Positions 1 through 12,358 of a stretch of DNA of 64,000 nt are shown here, piece after piece. The translations under genes and the position numbers were made by a program. The notes under the pieces were generated by a model. It was given only the letters and a program-made list of their open reading frames with translations. It did not search any database and was not told the DNA's origin. Within the stretch, counting starts at the first letter, position 1, and every line of letters starts with the position of its first letter. Source of the stretch: Antedon mediterranea (lineage: Eukaryota; Animalia; Echinodermata); contig NC_092680.1 in the NCBI RefSeq assembly GCF_964355755.1, forward strand, positions 6,200,001-6,264,000, in the 5' to 3' direction.

Positions 1-1559
1 TAAAGCCGGACAATAACATTTGTATGTATTTACTACTATAATTTTTGCCTAATCATGTTCTAATCAGGGAGTTTTAGGGTTGAGGGATGGGAAAGCGGAT
101 AGGTGCAAAGAGGAACAATTTTTAAATATATTCTTTATGCACTCAGTAACGAAATATTTTTTTCATGTTTTATAGGCCTATAATTAATATACCTCTAAAT
201 ACAGTAAAACATTTGCGATTTAATACTTTGTTAAAACTGTCACTGTCATAATCGATTGAAATATAGTCACGATACACCACTACGACGTTTATATTTTTGG
301 TAATTATTAATTAATACAAACGTTGAGAAGGAACTGTCAGTATAGTTTATTTTTATATAATAATGTGTTTATATATCTAACAGTAGAGCCTATCCACAAT
401 CTCAGTAATAAGTTTATTTGTATATATTTTTATATTACATCAACAGTACGAACATTCACAGTAAGAAATTTTCGATTCAAATGAGGACCAAAAATAGGTA
501 ATTATGTATTTACAGTATTGTTCAAGTTTATTCTCAAAGGGCCCATATATTTACCTACCGTATGTGTTAAACCAAGGGCTCATAAATTTACCTACTTGTG
601 TTAAACCAAACTCTGGCAGACTGAGAGATTGGGATGTTCCATTCATCGCAAATCAATACATTTGTATAATCGTATATTAAATCAAAATAGTATTTTTTAA
701 AGAAAATCGGCCTGTCTTCAACATTATGATGCTGTACTCTAGCTGTTCAACCGGTTTTCAGCTATTAAAAACAATTATCGTAGGAGGAGATAGGAAAATG
801 CGAAGCCTCCTCGCATTTTTGTGGCGGGTATTTTTTAAGATGGACATCCATTATTAGACAGTGTATACCACGATCGGAAAACACCCCTATTTGGGGCAAA
901 TCGTTGAACCTAAATTCGTTTTAATCGTCAATAACTAATTATCTAACTTAATTTAATTAGTAAACAGGGTTACATCAGGTGGTTAAAATCAGTACCGAAA
1001 GTACGAACCAACTTTATATACCATCGAGTAAAAATTCTAGAAGTAAAGCGCGATTTACCGAATTTTGCCCTTACGTAAATTTATATATAGATTATAGGCC
1101 TGTAAATAATGGGTATCTTACTGCGGTAGTAGGCCTACTATCTCATGCTCGATTAGATATGCTTATAGGCCAATAGGCCAATGCCTAGTTTAGGGCCTAG
1201 GTAGGTCTAATAATAATAGGAATCTCGAAATGATTTGCCTTTTTTTAATTTTGAAAACTATTTAAGGCTAGGCCTAGAGGGCCAGGATAATTAATTCATA
1301 TTTTGATTCATACAAATAATACATAGGCCTACTAGCCTAGGCTAGTTTGATTATTTGGTCAAATCAATTCCTATTAGTACGGTACCGTACAGTATTAATT
1401 AAGTATTTTACTAATACTACTAGGGCCTAGCTTATCTACTGAAAATATAACATGTTGGTGTGCTGCACTGACAGGTAGGCTACAATAACAACATTCAACA
1501 TTTTGCGCGAAAAATGATAAACCCGCTCTAAAAAGAAACACCAATCAGAGATGTTGTTT

Positions 1560-1832
1560 CAAATACGTCATAAATCCGACCGACATAAGAAAAAAATTTT
1601 CAACTTTCGTAACAACACTAAAATCGACGTAAGCATACGACGTGTGTTTCACAGCCAAAATTTCAACTTTCGGGAGCAGCATAACTACAGATGTTTCTCT
1701 GCGGCCCGACACGATCTTGACTAACGTCAACGACGTCAATTTTTTCTCAACTTTCGTAAGAGACGTAAGAAACGTATGAAACGCAAGAATCGTTGCAAAA
1801 TTCGACTTCTTACGTCGACAGGAAACCAGCCT
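1560..1832. mobile_element. Truncated PIF/Harbinger-like MITE (right end only)
   Basis: Ends ...cgacaggaaaccagcct followed by TAA. Three internal copies of tcaactttcg, CpG-rich. Left terminus not found. Confidence 0.35.
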
Positions 1833-2884
1833 TAAGCGCGATCACCAATCAAAGTAACCACCACAGGAGAGGTAAAAAGAACAGAAACAAGAGAAACTCT
1901 GTTTGTCCCCAGAGGCACTATACCGATCATGAGCGACTCAGTATAACAGGCCTCATGATACCCCCTCTTTTTAGTTTTACCTTCTCAATCATAAGACAAG
2001 GCTTGAAACCAATTCAATAACGTAGTGGGTTAAAGGTGGTCAGACACTTTACCGTACGATTACCATGCAATCAATATGGGACCTAACGCTTGGTTCACAT
2101 TGGTTGAAAGTTTGGCTTAACTGTTGTATGTAACGAAAGGGAATTTTCCATATTTACTAATATATAATAACTAATTTTACGTGTTAATGAAGCACTACAT
2201 CATTATAAGATCAGACATTTTGTATGATTGATATTATGACACTGATCGCCTTTGGACATGCATATACGAACAGCAAGTGCAACTCTTCTTCAAGTAAGAC
2301 CTCAATGCATTATTAATCTGTTTTTCTTTCGTGATTGTCTGGCGCCTAAATTCTCGGAGAGAAAAAAATATTCTTCATGGACTAAGAATTGGGTAATTAA
2401 ATTCATCACAACACGTGTGAATTTTACGGGTTTAGATAATAATGGTACGCGCTTGGTCAAGTAATTGGCACGTGTGAGACATTCTCAGAAAAATGTCTCA
2501 ATTTAAAGAGAATATGCATGTTTTTCCCGAAAATTGCTCTTTTTGCTTAATAGTCAATTTAAGTTTAGTATTTTTTAAAAGATTCAAAACAATAATTATA
2601 GGCCTACAATAAATACTATTCAATTTTAGTTTATCCATCCTGTAATTTGCGAGTTACTCGCTGTTGGATGCATATAAAAAAAAATATATGTAATATTTTG
2701 GATTATTGTTACTGTCTATCTGTTTTGGAAACAATTTGCAGATTAAAGTGTGTTACATACAGGCCTACTTAAACAGTTTTTATTGTTAAATATTGTGACA
2801 ATAGAATAATATAGAATAGTTATCGTAGGCTCAGGTTTACAAATAAACAATTGGTGATATAACGTTTGTATGAATAGTTCTGAA

Positions 2885-3115
2885 AACAACTGTTTAGTTT
2901 CTCGGCGCTTCGATCCGTATACCTCGATCGTCCCCAGGAGTGAGAATTCGACAAGTTTAAATCTTTTTCACTGTGGCTGTGCTATTATTTTAACTTTCAC
3001 ATCGAGTCCCACCGAATCTCACTTATATTCCCCAATGTTCATAGGTTTCCCTCATTCTGACTAATGAGGACGATCGAAGCATACGGATAGAACGTCGAGA
3101 AACTTAACAATTCTT
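2885..3115. mobile_element. Penelope-like element remnant: inverted repeat made of two degenerate minimal type I hammerhead ribozyme motifs
   Basis: Minus strand of 2901-2940 reads CTC CTGGGGA C GATC..GATC GAAG CGCC GAG. Plus strand 3061-3099 reads CTA ATGAGGA C GATC..GATA GAA CGTC GAG. The spacer encodes SHLYSPMF, resembling the C-terminus of Penelope-like ORFs. Confidence 0.55.
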
Positions 3116-5322
3116 ATTTAAATGTTCTTAAACGTGTGATCCGCTTTGGGACGACTACTGCTTTCAAATAGTATCGTTAAATAATTACGGCATGTTAAAT
3201 TCAAGACTAATCAATCTTGAAATACTCGATACGGTAAGCGACCAAAGATTCGTGGCGCTTGTTCAATTTTTGTAGGTTTCAGTGTGCATTTGTTGTCTCA
3301 AAACGATCGTATAAAATATAACCAATTTAGAAATATAGCCAAATTATAATGTCAGCATTGAAGTGAAAGGTTATTTGAAAAAAAAATTACTGTACAATAT
3401 TAAATAGGACTACCTTTAACCATGGACCTATAATACACACGATGATGGCGCTAGTTATAGCCCGTTATGCACGAGTAGGCCTAATTAACAAACAGGCAGT
3501 AAGAAAAGAATTGCATTCGCGGTTTATTGCGAGTATTGTTATTGTAGGCCTAAATGTGTAAAATATAAAGTAGAAATTAATTTAGTTGTCATTGTTTTGT
3601 AATTGTCGTCAGAATTGAAAATTATATTAATGACCTACTATGGAGTATAAACTGTGGTGTTTATTCGACCAAGCCAATCTTTAATCGAAAAGTGACGTTT
3701 AAAATCTGTTTTTAAACTCTTCTTATTGGTTGCGCATTTTACGTCACAGTAAAGAAGATGGAAATATTAAAAGGCTCTATACGCATGCGCATAAACCACA
3801 GTTTTCGAGTTGGCCTATTTATGGTGGTTACGTTAGGCTACCCAGTACTTATTATTATAGCCTACCCATGAGGTGAAGCTTAATCACTTCCAAACGATAC
3901 CGTAATAAAGACCTAGGCCTACTGTTAATTCAGAAACTTAGAATACTAAATAAATCCAATAATTATCCTAAATCATGAAGATAGGACGTCTGCTAAAATA
4001 CTAATGACCCGTATACTCCAATGATAACACCGACCTACCAAATGCCAAATATACGCAATTCGGTTAATAACTCACCTGTGTATTATGCAAATCATTATAG
4101 GTTTATTAGGCGTGAAATTTAATTATGAAACCCGCTTACAAAATTAATTATAATAATATATAGAATGAAAATTCTGTTTAATGATAATTTAATTCTGTAG
4201 CTATAATTAAAACGTTGTTTCATTTTTTAATAATTATAATATGAGAAGAGTTAATTAGGTCAGTACATAATTTTTTATCTCCGAATATATTTAATATATT
4301 ATTCTATAATTACTAATTCTATGCTACATTGCTGTATTGAAATATTGGCAATAAACATTGTCCTGCATGGCCTCGTACATCTGTTCTGAATATTTATTGT
4401 GTTTTAACTAAACCTGAATTAATATATTTTGCATGATACATGGAATGAGACATTGGCGCTGGTATTAAAAAGAACAGGTAGGCCTACGGCATATTATTGT
4501 CTTACATCTCATACATTTTTCGGATATGTAATGTGTTTGTATGTACGCCTATGTGAAGTAACATTCAAGGAGTTTTCGATGTGTGACGATCTTAGTAGTA
4601 TAGTATGCATTACGTCATTGGTCGTCCAGTACTGTAAAATCAATTTCGATTCATTTGCAACGAGTTTAAAATGCTCATTCCTGTGATAACAAAATCGTTA
4701 TCCTTACAGTACAGGGAAATCGCATATTAGGAGGAGTGTACTAGATTCTCATTTTGATTACGTCATCCATTCTTCCTCTGAAAATGACTATAACTGACCG
4801 GTCATTTATAACTTTTGAAAATATAATGTAGGACGAACTTGATGAATGTAATTTAAAATTGTTTTGTCGTCTGCTCACACACGGTGATATTATGTATTGA
4901 GAGTATATCAACCATTTTCAAGCAATCGTATGGTTTATTTATAACTACCAATCGTAGACATTATGTCTTCTGTGATATCATTATCTTAGAGTGACGATAC
5001 ATTTTCGTTATTTATTGTTTTTTATTTGGAATTATTCGATATCGTAAATATTTAATTTACTGATCAACGTACCCGGGGATTGCTGCACTTTAATTAGTTC
5101 TCTGCAGATATAGATACAGCTGCCGTAAATATAAACTTGATTCCGATGTAGTCATGCGATGACTGTATATTGTTAATGATTTATCAATAAGTGGTCACCA
5201 CTCGTATACTGACATATTCTAACGAAAATAGAGTTTAAATTGTTATTTTCATCACAATAGTCATCATAAATAATCGTACCCCAACAATACAATCAGATAA
5301 TTCAAAGAACCTTAGGGATATA

Positions 5323-5625
5323 ATACAGTAAAAGAATTCGATCCAAGTAGGCCTATTAAGAGGATATCTTCGGGAGCAAACAAAATGCTCCCTAAAATAG
5401 AGGTGTCCCCTTAATAGGAGTCGCTCGTAATATCCTAAAACATAATGTCCCTCTTTCGTTTCAATAGAAAGTATAACATCCATATCAATATAAAAGGAAA
5501 CAAAAAGTAAGCTCCAACCTGTACAAATTCCAAACTATATAGAAACATTCAATGCAGAGCTTCTTCATCTAGAATATTTTGGTGGTCCTTTGATAGGGTG
5601 TCCCCGTATTAGAGGATCCCAAAAT
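5323..5625. mobile_element. Decayed Tc1/mariner-type MITE
   Basis: Starts tacagt. Repeated motifs cctattaagaggat, aatagaggtgtccccttaatagg and gatagggtgtccccgtattagagg. Confidence 0.3.
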
Positions 5626-7787
5626 GTGTAGTAGCGTTGATTCATGGCAAAAAATTACAAAAATATATCCAATTGTTAAAAGATATGACCTAAATGACAT
5701 CATTCAACTAATGTGTGCCACAGTCATATAAAATATACACGAATGCCACAATGTAAGACCTGGAATAATATATAATTGCATACTATAAATATTAACATGC
5801 TTCACAATCATGTACGTGTGTATATGTGGAAACACACAATGACACTAAACAACAGGCGCCTGGAATAATTTAAGTGTTTCAACTGTATTTTTAGCAGATA
5901 TAATGCAAACGCAATTCTACTTGGCGTTTCATACCTAATCAATGTCGTATAACTAAGCTTATATGTTTCAAATCTGCCAGATTATAGACCTAATCTTCTA
6001 ATCACAAATGATCCTTCTAAATAATACTGATCCCAGATCCGAAGGGTTAAATACAGTGGGTGAATTTTGGCGCCAATGTGCAGACGATAATTGATTCACA
6101 TACATCAATGACCGAATGCTAAATGTCATGTGATTACATTGAAATGGTGAAATTAGTAATAGCCTGCGTTGTTCATAAGCCTTTACTTCAAACAGTTTTG
6201 AATTCGTGGTGTTCAGGGAACAGGAGGGATTTGGCATGGCCATAAGATGTGTTTAATCATTGAAAAATGTTCCATTTTCTTTTGTAAATACTGAATAATA
6301 ACTGTAACATAACCACTGAAGCTAATTTTGGTATTAAATACTAAACTAATGCAATAATCCTACAGACTTATTTATTTTAATGTACCCTTTTTGGAATTAC
6401 ATAGAAGTAAATATAGTTATATTTAGGATATTTGCTTACATTTTACTACAAACTCTGATGTGTATGTGCGCAATCATTGACGTCAACTCAATTATTAGGC
6501 AATATATCTAGACGAAAATAGCAGAGGACAATTGTTCACTATTCACGCAGTTTTACGGTGCAAAAGTATTAACTAGGTCTTTTATATATATACACCCACT
6601 AATACAGTACAGGCTGTTAATAATACAAAAATAACAATGAAATGTATATATATTCTACAGGCAAATCTTATGCTTCTATGATATTGCTGATATCACAATT
6701 ACGTAAAAACATAGATTATAATATTCCTGGCAATAACATCGTCTTGAGGGTTTCTTATTCTTCTTAACATTGCATTACAATTCCTCTGAGACGAATAACA
6801 TGGAGGTATAATAATGATCTGTTATCTAATGATACCTTATTGTAGAGAATGTAAGTTAATGATGACTGCCTTGTCAACGATGTGTAAAAAAGACCACCCT
6901 AGAATCTAATGTAATGTAGAGTAGCCTAGTTTTGTCACAAAGTCATTCAAACACATTAAAGATAATGAAATGGAACTCACCACACATTGCAAGCGTGCTT
7001 TACACAGCTTTTGACTCGGTATGTTATAATAGCACGTGTTTACAGACATTTCTTACGCAAGCTAAAGTTGAACACTGAAGAAAAATGTATAATTCTAAAC
7101 CGGGAAATTCGGATAATACGTTTAGATTAGTCTATCGGTTTATCGTCTAATGTAGTTATTCTGACCAACGGCTAATGTCCATCGGAAGGACGACAAAGAT
7201 CTCAAACTCAAGTTTTCTCGCATAACGTGCCATTCGAATCTTACCACTGTGCCATATGATAGCTCTTGATACAAACCAGTATTGACATTGGAGTATATAA
7301 ATCACCAAGTTATTATAACTAGATTAATATTACAACAACAATGCGTTTGCGCATATAGTATGTAGATATACACCGGAGGCGTATCTTAAGGGAAACCCTT
7401 AAATGCAATAATTATTGACAGAGAAAGTTGGGTTATTTCCAGGTTATTATTCCTATCTAATCAAGATTTATCTAAATACATTAATTACCGTTGCCATCTG
7501 CTTTGAAGAAAAATAAGATTATGTCTAACCTGATTACCTTTAAAGTAATTATTGAAGGGATTGCTCGTGACATTCAATTCTAAAGATTGTTTTTGTACCT
7601 GACGTTGTTACTGCAAGGAACAAACACATTATTGGATGGATGTGCCTGGATTTTGAACAAGGTGTTTTTCGTCCTAGTTTAATATTCCCAATATTAGCCA
7701 ACATTAATACATTAGGCAAAATTGTTTAGTCGAATATTATCGTATTCAAGCATATGTAATATTTATGTTACTTTTTTTTATGTTTTC

Positions 7788-8616
7788 TGATCAGGTAACG
7801 TATATTATCTTTGTTGAGTCGGGTAATTTAAAAAAGTCAAAACATATATTCATCCAACATTTCTTCATTTCAATGTCTGAGATACATTCACACGATTACC
7901 AGTAGAATAGACGTGCCATAATTTCAGTAAATATAACTAATATAAGTTCGCATGGCTAGGTATATTTTATTGTAATCTCCATTATTATGATCGCAGAACA
8001 AATGCAGTTATCCGGTGCACTAAAGAGGTGGGTTTTCGGTCGCGAACTGTTCATGCCTATCGCGTCGCACACATCTAGATATTTAGTTATCCGGGTCAAA
8101 ATCCGAGCGCCACCTTATTAAAAAAAAACTTTAGAACAGAGGTGTGATACAAACGATAATCGAAATGTTTTGTATAATTCTACGAAAGCCTGACTGCTCT
8201 ACTTTTTTTTTTATCGGTTTGATCAGGTAACGTATATTATCTTTGTTGAGTCGGGTAATTTAAAAAGTCAAAACATATATTCGTCCAACATTTCTTCATT
8301 TCAATGTCTGAGCTACATTAACACGATTACCAGTAGAATAGACGTGCCATAATTACAGTAAATATAAGTTAGCATGGCTAGGTATTATTGTAATCTTCAT
8401 TATTATGACTGCGGACTAAATGCAGTTATCCGGTGCACAATATAGGTGGGTTTTCGGTCGCGAACTATTCATGCCTATCGCGTCGCACACATCTAGATGT
8501 TCAGTTATCCAGGCCAAAATCCGAGCGCCACCTTTTTCAAAAAACTTTAGAACGGAGGTGTGATACAAAACGAAAACCGAATGTTTTGTAGCCTATAATT
8601 CTTCGAAAGCCTGATT
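7788..8616 (+). repeat. Tandem duplication, about 430-bp unit x2
   Basis: tgatcaggtaacgtatattatctttgttgagtcggg... starts at 7788 and again at 8220. Both copies end tataattct.cgaaagcctga. High identity throughout. Confidence 0.95.
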
Positions 8617-8964
8617 GTTTTATTCAACTCGGCTGCGCCTCATTGAATAAAAGTCGTCTTTCAACTCATGAAAATGTTACAGTGTTTGTATAATCAGTGA
8701 GAGAAAGCAGAATAATTTATAGCATTTTATTCCTAATATATTTTTATGTACAAAAAGAGAGAAATAGGAGCTTTTAAAGACAATAAAATGATTTATGAGA
8801 GGTTTTGTTCAATAATTTATCGCCTATTGGGCATATGTTTGTAGTCTTTCAGTAACCCCCTGAAATAACATTGTAAAAGTTGCATTGATATTTATTGCCA
8901 TTGAATTAGGACGTTAATACAAGAAAAATATATATAGGTAATGTAATCCTGAAATTTGAGTTAA

Positions 8965-9016
8965 TGTTTACCGACTGACCGACCAACCGACCGACCAATC
9001 GACCGACCAACATAGT
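8965..9016 (-). mobile_element. Fragment of the HINE/DINE-like family ((ACCG)n core)
   Basis: gtttaccgactgaccgaccaaccgaccgacc...catagt matches the core of the copy at 34756-34884. Confidence 0.55.
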
Positions 9017-9765
9017 CAAAAACAGGACAGGAGATCGTACAATGATATGGAAACAGATCTAGCATAACTATTATGGTGATTAAACTTTAAAACAATGTTT
9101 ACATGCAATAAATAATGGCATGACATGAAGAATTAATAACAAATATGGTGTGACGTCATTGTCGTAAAGACATTTGTACAGCGCCCCCCAATATCACATG
9201 TACACTTTTGATAGAAGGAAATACTTACGTAACTTAAATTAGGCCTATTCATTATTATATGAATAAATGGTAAGTGACGAGTATCTTATATCGTGTATTT
9301 TACCGTGAATAGTCAGCTAGTCTATATTTGGTTAATATTCGAATTTTGATGAAGGTTTAATAATTCTAGGTCACACCTCATAATTAACGGATAAATCAAC
9401 AGTGTTACCATATGTTGCGGGAATTTAATGATGTTGATAATCATAATAATAATAATAATTAAGGAATACATTAATCATATGCTAATAATATATAAATCGT
9501 TTTTGCATTTTATATAAAAATAGTGATTTTGTACATTATCCTATACCATTATCAGTCGCTGATTTTAACTTTGCTAATCGCATGGATTATTTATAAAGCA
9601 TATTTACTCAATTTGCGTGTTCATAAAAGGTCAAAACGTGAGGATGAAATTATGGTACATTTTATGAACTATGAAGAAAATAGGAATCGTTCATGTTATA
9701 TAAGTATAACAATGCATTTCCTATTTCAATGATTAATACTAACCATTAGAAACAATTAATAGTGG

Positions 9766-10445
9766 TTATTCAGATTGAGATTCGATTTATTAAGTCATTC
9801 ATACATAGTATAATGATAATTGTTTTCTTGGCAGAAAAACACAAGCAAAACAATACACACATAATATTTACATTCATGATCAACTTGGAACTAACAAAAA
9901 CAACAACTGATCAAGCAATATAAAATACAACAGACCTCATGACCTATGTTTGAAACTCATTGTTGTGTTAGTCTAATAGCGCTAGGTAAGAATGAACATT
10001 TATGTCTATTTGTTTTAACTGGAATTGTTGTTAATCTTCCAGATCTGGTAACTACTAACTTATTGTTGAGAATATGAGATTCATCAGCTAAAATACTATT
10101 TAATTTAGATGTCATTTCCTTATTACACATTTGTGTGATATCTTTAATCTCGACACCACAATGTTGCTTGCAATCCTAACTATTCTGTTTAACTTACTCA
10201 AATCTTTCTTTGTTAGACCATTTACCCAAGTAACACAACAAAAGCTTAAAACAGATTGAATAACACTTTGATAAAAAAAATAAATAAAAAATCACGGCCT
10301 ATAATATTATATTGTTTCAACTTCCTTAAGGATTACAGTCGTTGAACACCTTTAGTATACACTTTGCACGTATGTGTATTCCAACTTAGATTCCTATCTA
10401 TCCAAACCCCTAAATTTAAATGAGACTCTGGATTTTCAACATAAT
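9766..10445 (-). mobile_element. Decayed Rex1/Babar (CR1-group) LINE, 3' end
   Basis: Minus-strand translation across stops and frameshifts: LGVWIDRNLSWNTHTCKVYTKGVQRL*SLRKLK ... FYQSVIQSVLSFCCVTWVNGLTKKDLSKLNRIVRIA ... ILADESHILNNKLVVTRSGRLTTIPVKTNRHKCSFLPSAIRL. Followed by a 3'UTR with AATAAA and a (gaatct)-like tail. Confidence 0.85.
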
Positions 10446-10496
10446 TCATAACTATGGTTTACACATTTTCCGAAACAGAGTTGTGGTTGTTACTAA

Positions 10497-10692
10497 AGCT
10501 TGGTTCCCACTAGAGACACAACACAAGGACGTAACGCAACGTAAGCGAGTTGACCAATCACAAGCGATGACAATTGATCAAATCACTTACGTTGCGCTAC
10601 GTCCTTATGTTGCGTCTCAGAATTTCTAGGTTTTTTTCTTAAAACAAATGACAATAAATGTTACTTGACTTGACTCTAGTGGGAATCAAGCT
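10497..10692. mobile_element. PIF/Harbinger-type palindromic MITE, family A
   Basis: TIR agcttggttcccactaga...tctagtgggaatcaagct, flanked by TAA (10494-10496) and TAA (10693-10695). Contains an unrelated AT-rich insertion of about 55 bp. Confidence 0.85.
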
Positions 10693-11554
10693 TAAAGGAA
10701 ACCCGGATTTCAGTGAATTGACTTACTTCGGTAAACTGTGTGACAGGTTTTAGGAAACTATATTCACATTCATTTTTTTTTGTAAAACACCAGTCTTCCA
10801 TAAAAATTATTTACTTTATTTATCATAATTAAAAAAAGATTAGCATGTTTATCTGTACCTTACTATTTTATTATTCATAGAAGCTTTACAGATAGTAAGC
10901 AAAATAAGATTGGGCTACGCATGATTTACTGCAGTGTAAATACCAGCAACAAAATGAAATTAAAGTTAAATTAAATGATCAGGTAAATCATGCGTAGCTT
11001 ATTTGAAGTTATTAGACAGTAATTAAATAAGTGAAAAAGATCATTATCAATAGATTGGTATCTGCGTAGTAAGTGACCATGAACATTAATTTTATTACGT
11101 AGAAACAATGGACTTGAAATTAAATATAATTTCTGTCAACAACAGACTATAAAAAACTAGAAATGTAATTCTTCACGATACGAATTAGATTCCAGTAATT
11201 AGTAATTTAAATTTAAAAAAAACCCATCACAAACAACAATTCGTGAGAGCGCAATCATTGAATCTAGCTTGGGGAACAGGGTCGAACCCAGGATAAGGGA
11301 AAGACCGGTGGTGGAGCCGATTCGATCTCTAATTAATATAAATCTACCTATGTTATAGGTAGATTAGGCCCTGTCCACTTAACTTTTAACTATTAATGAA
11401 CGTAACAGAACAGTTAAGTTCAATTTGGCACATAATTTCACTTATTTTTAGGCCCTCCATCCTATTCAAAAGTCCCTGATGCGGTCCCGGATCAGCTACT
11501 AGCACACGTGACCGTCACATTGTCATATCACGTGTATCCGGTGCCTGAACTGAA

Positions 11555-11874
11555 AGCATGGTTCCCTTAAGGGTGGTTCCCACTTGCGACGCAACACAAG
11601 GACGTAACGCAACGCAAGTGAATTGACCAATCACAAGCGATGGCTTATTCGCTTGTGATTGCTAACTGTCTATAACTTCGCTTGTCATTGGTTAAAATGA
11701 TTGCGTTGCGTTTACGTCCTTGCGTTACGTTCTAGTGGAAGCCAAGCTTTAGCGATGCAACGCAAGGACGTAACGCACCGTCAGTGATTTGACAAATCAT
11801 AAGCGATGGATTATTCGAACAGTGGCTTGCCATTGGCAAACTCGCTTGCGTTGCGTCTCTAGTGGGACCATGCT
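11555..11874. mobile_element. Nested family-A MITEs (inner copy 11570-11748 inside the outer copy's left TIR)
   Basis: agcatggttccc-TTA-[agggtggttcccac...gtggaagccaagct]-TTA-gcgatgcaacgcaagg...ctagtgggaccatgct. Confidence 0.85.
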
Positions 11875-12154
11875 TTATGCTCTATTAGGAAAAAATGGCG
11901 TGGTGTATCATGTTGATCGATCACGCTCAAAAGCTTATTGCATTGATTCATGGTCATAGTAAATTGGAATTGATTTTGGATTGAATAAAAAATAATAAAA
12001 AAATGTGTATAGTTGACATTCACAGTGCGTATAGCCTGGTAATAACAACAATATCACACATATTATTGGTAGGGAAATAATAAGTATTGTTAATTGAGTC
12101 TAGTTAATAATGATGTCTACGAAGATTCAATCTCACTCTAAAGATAAGATAGTT

Positions 12155-12358
12155 ATGGATGGTCCATCCAGGGACCCCTTTGGAAACAAGCCTCTGGGCT
12201 TAAAGGGCCATCCCCTGCTTTCCATGCTTATTTTCTTGTCTAGTCTTGTATTTTTATATTTAATGTTTCTCTTTTTATTTCATTTACATTATTCTGTTTT
12301 ATTTATTTGTACTGTATTTGGAAAGCAATAAATATTACTTACTTACTTACTTACTTAC
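12155..12358 (+). mobile_element. 3' UTR/tail of a CR1/L2-group LINE
   Basis: ggacccctttggaaacaagcctctgggcttaaagggccatcc stem region, a T-rich tract, AATAAA and a (TTAC)5 tail. Confidence 0.55.

Noticed and set aside
5998-6243. 81-aa ORF MAMPNPSCSLNTTNSK..., a possible first exon
   Set aside because: No homology or partner exons recognisable; only a weak donor site.
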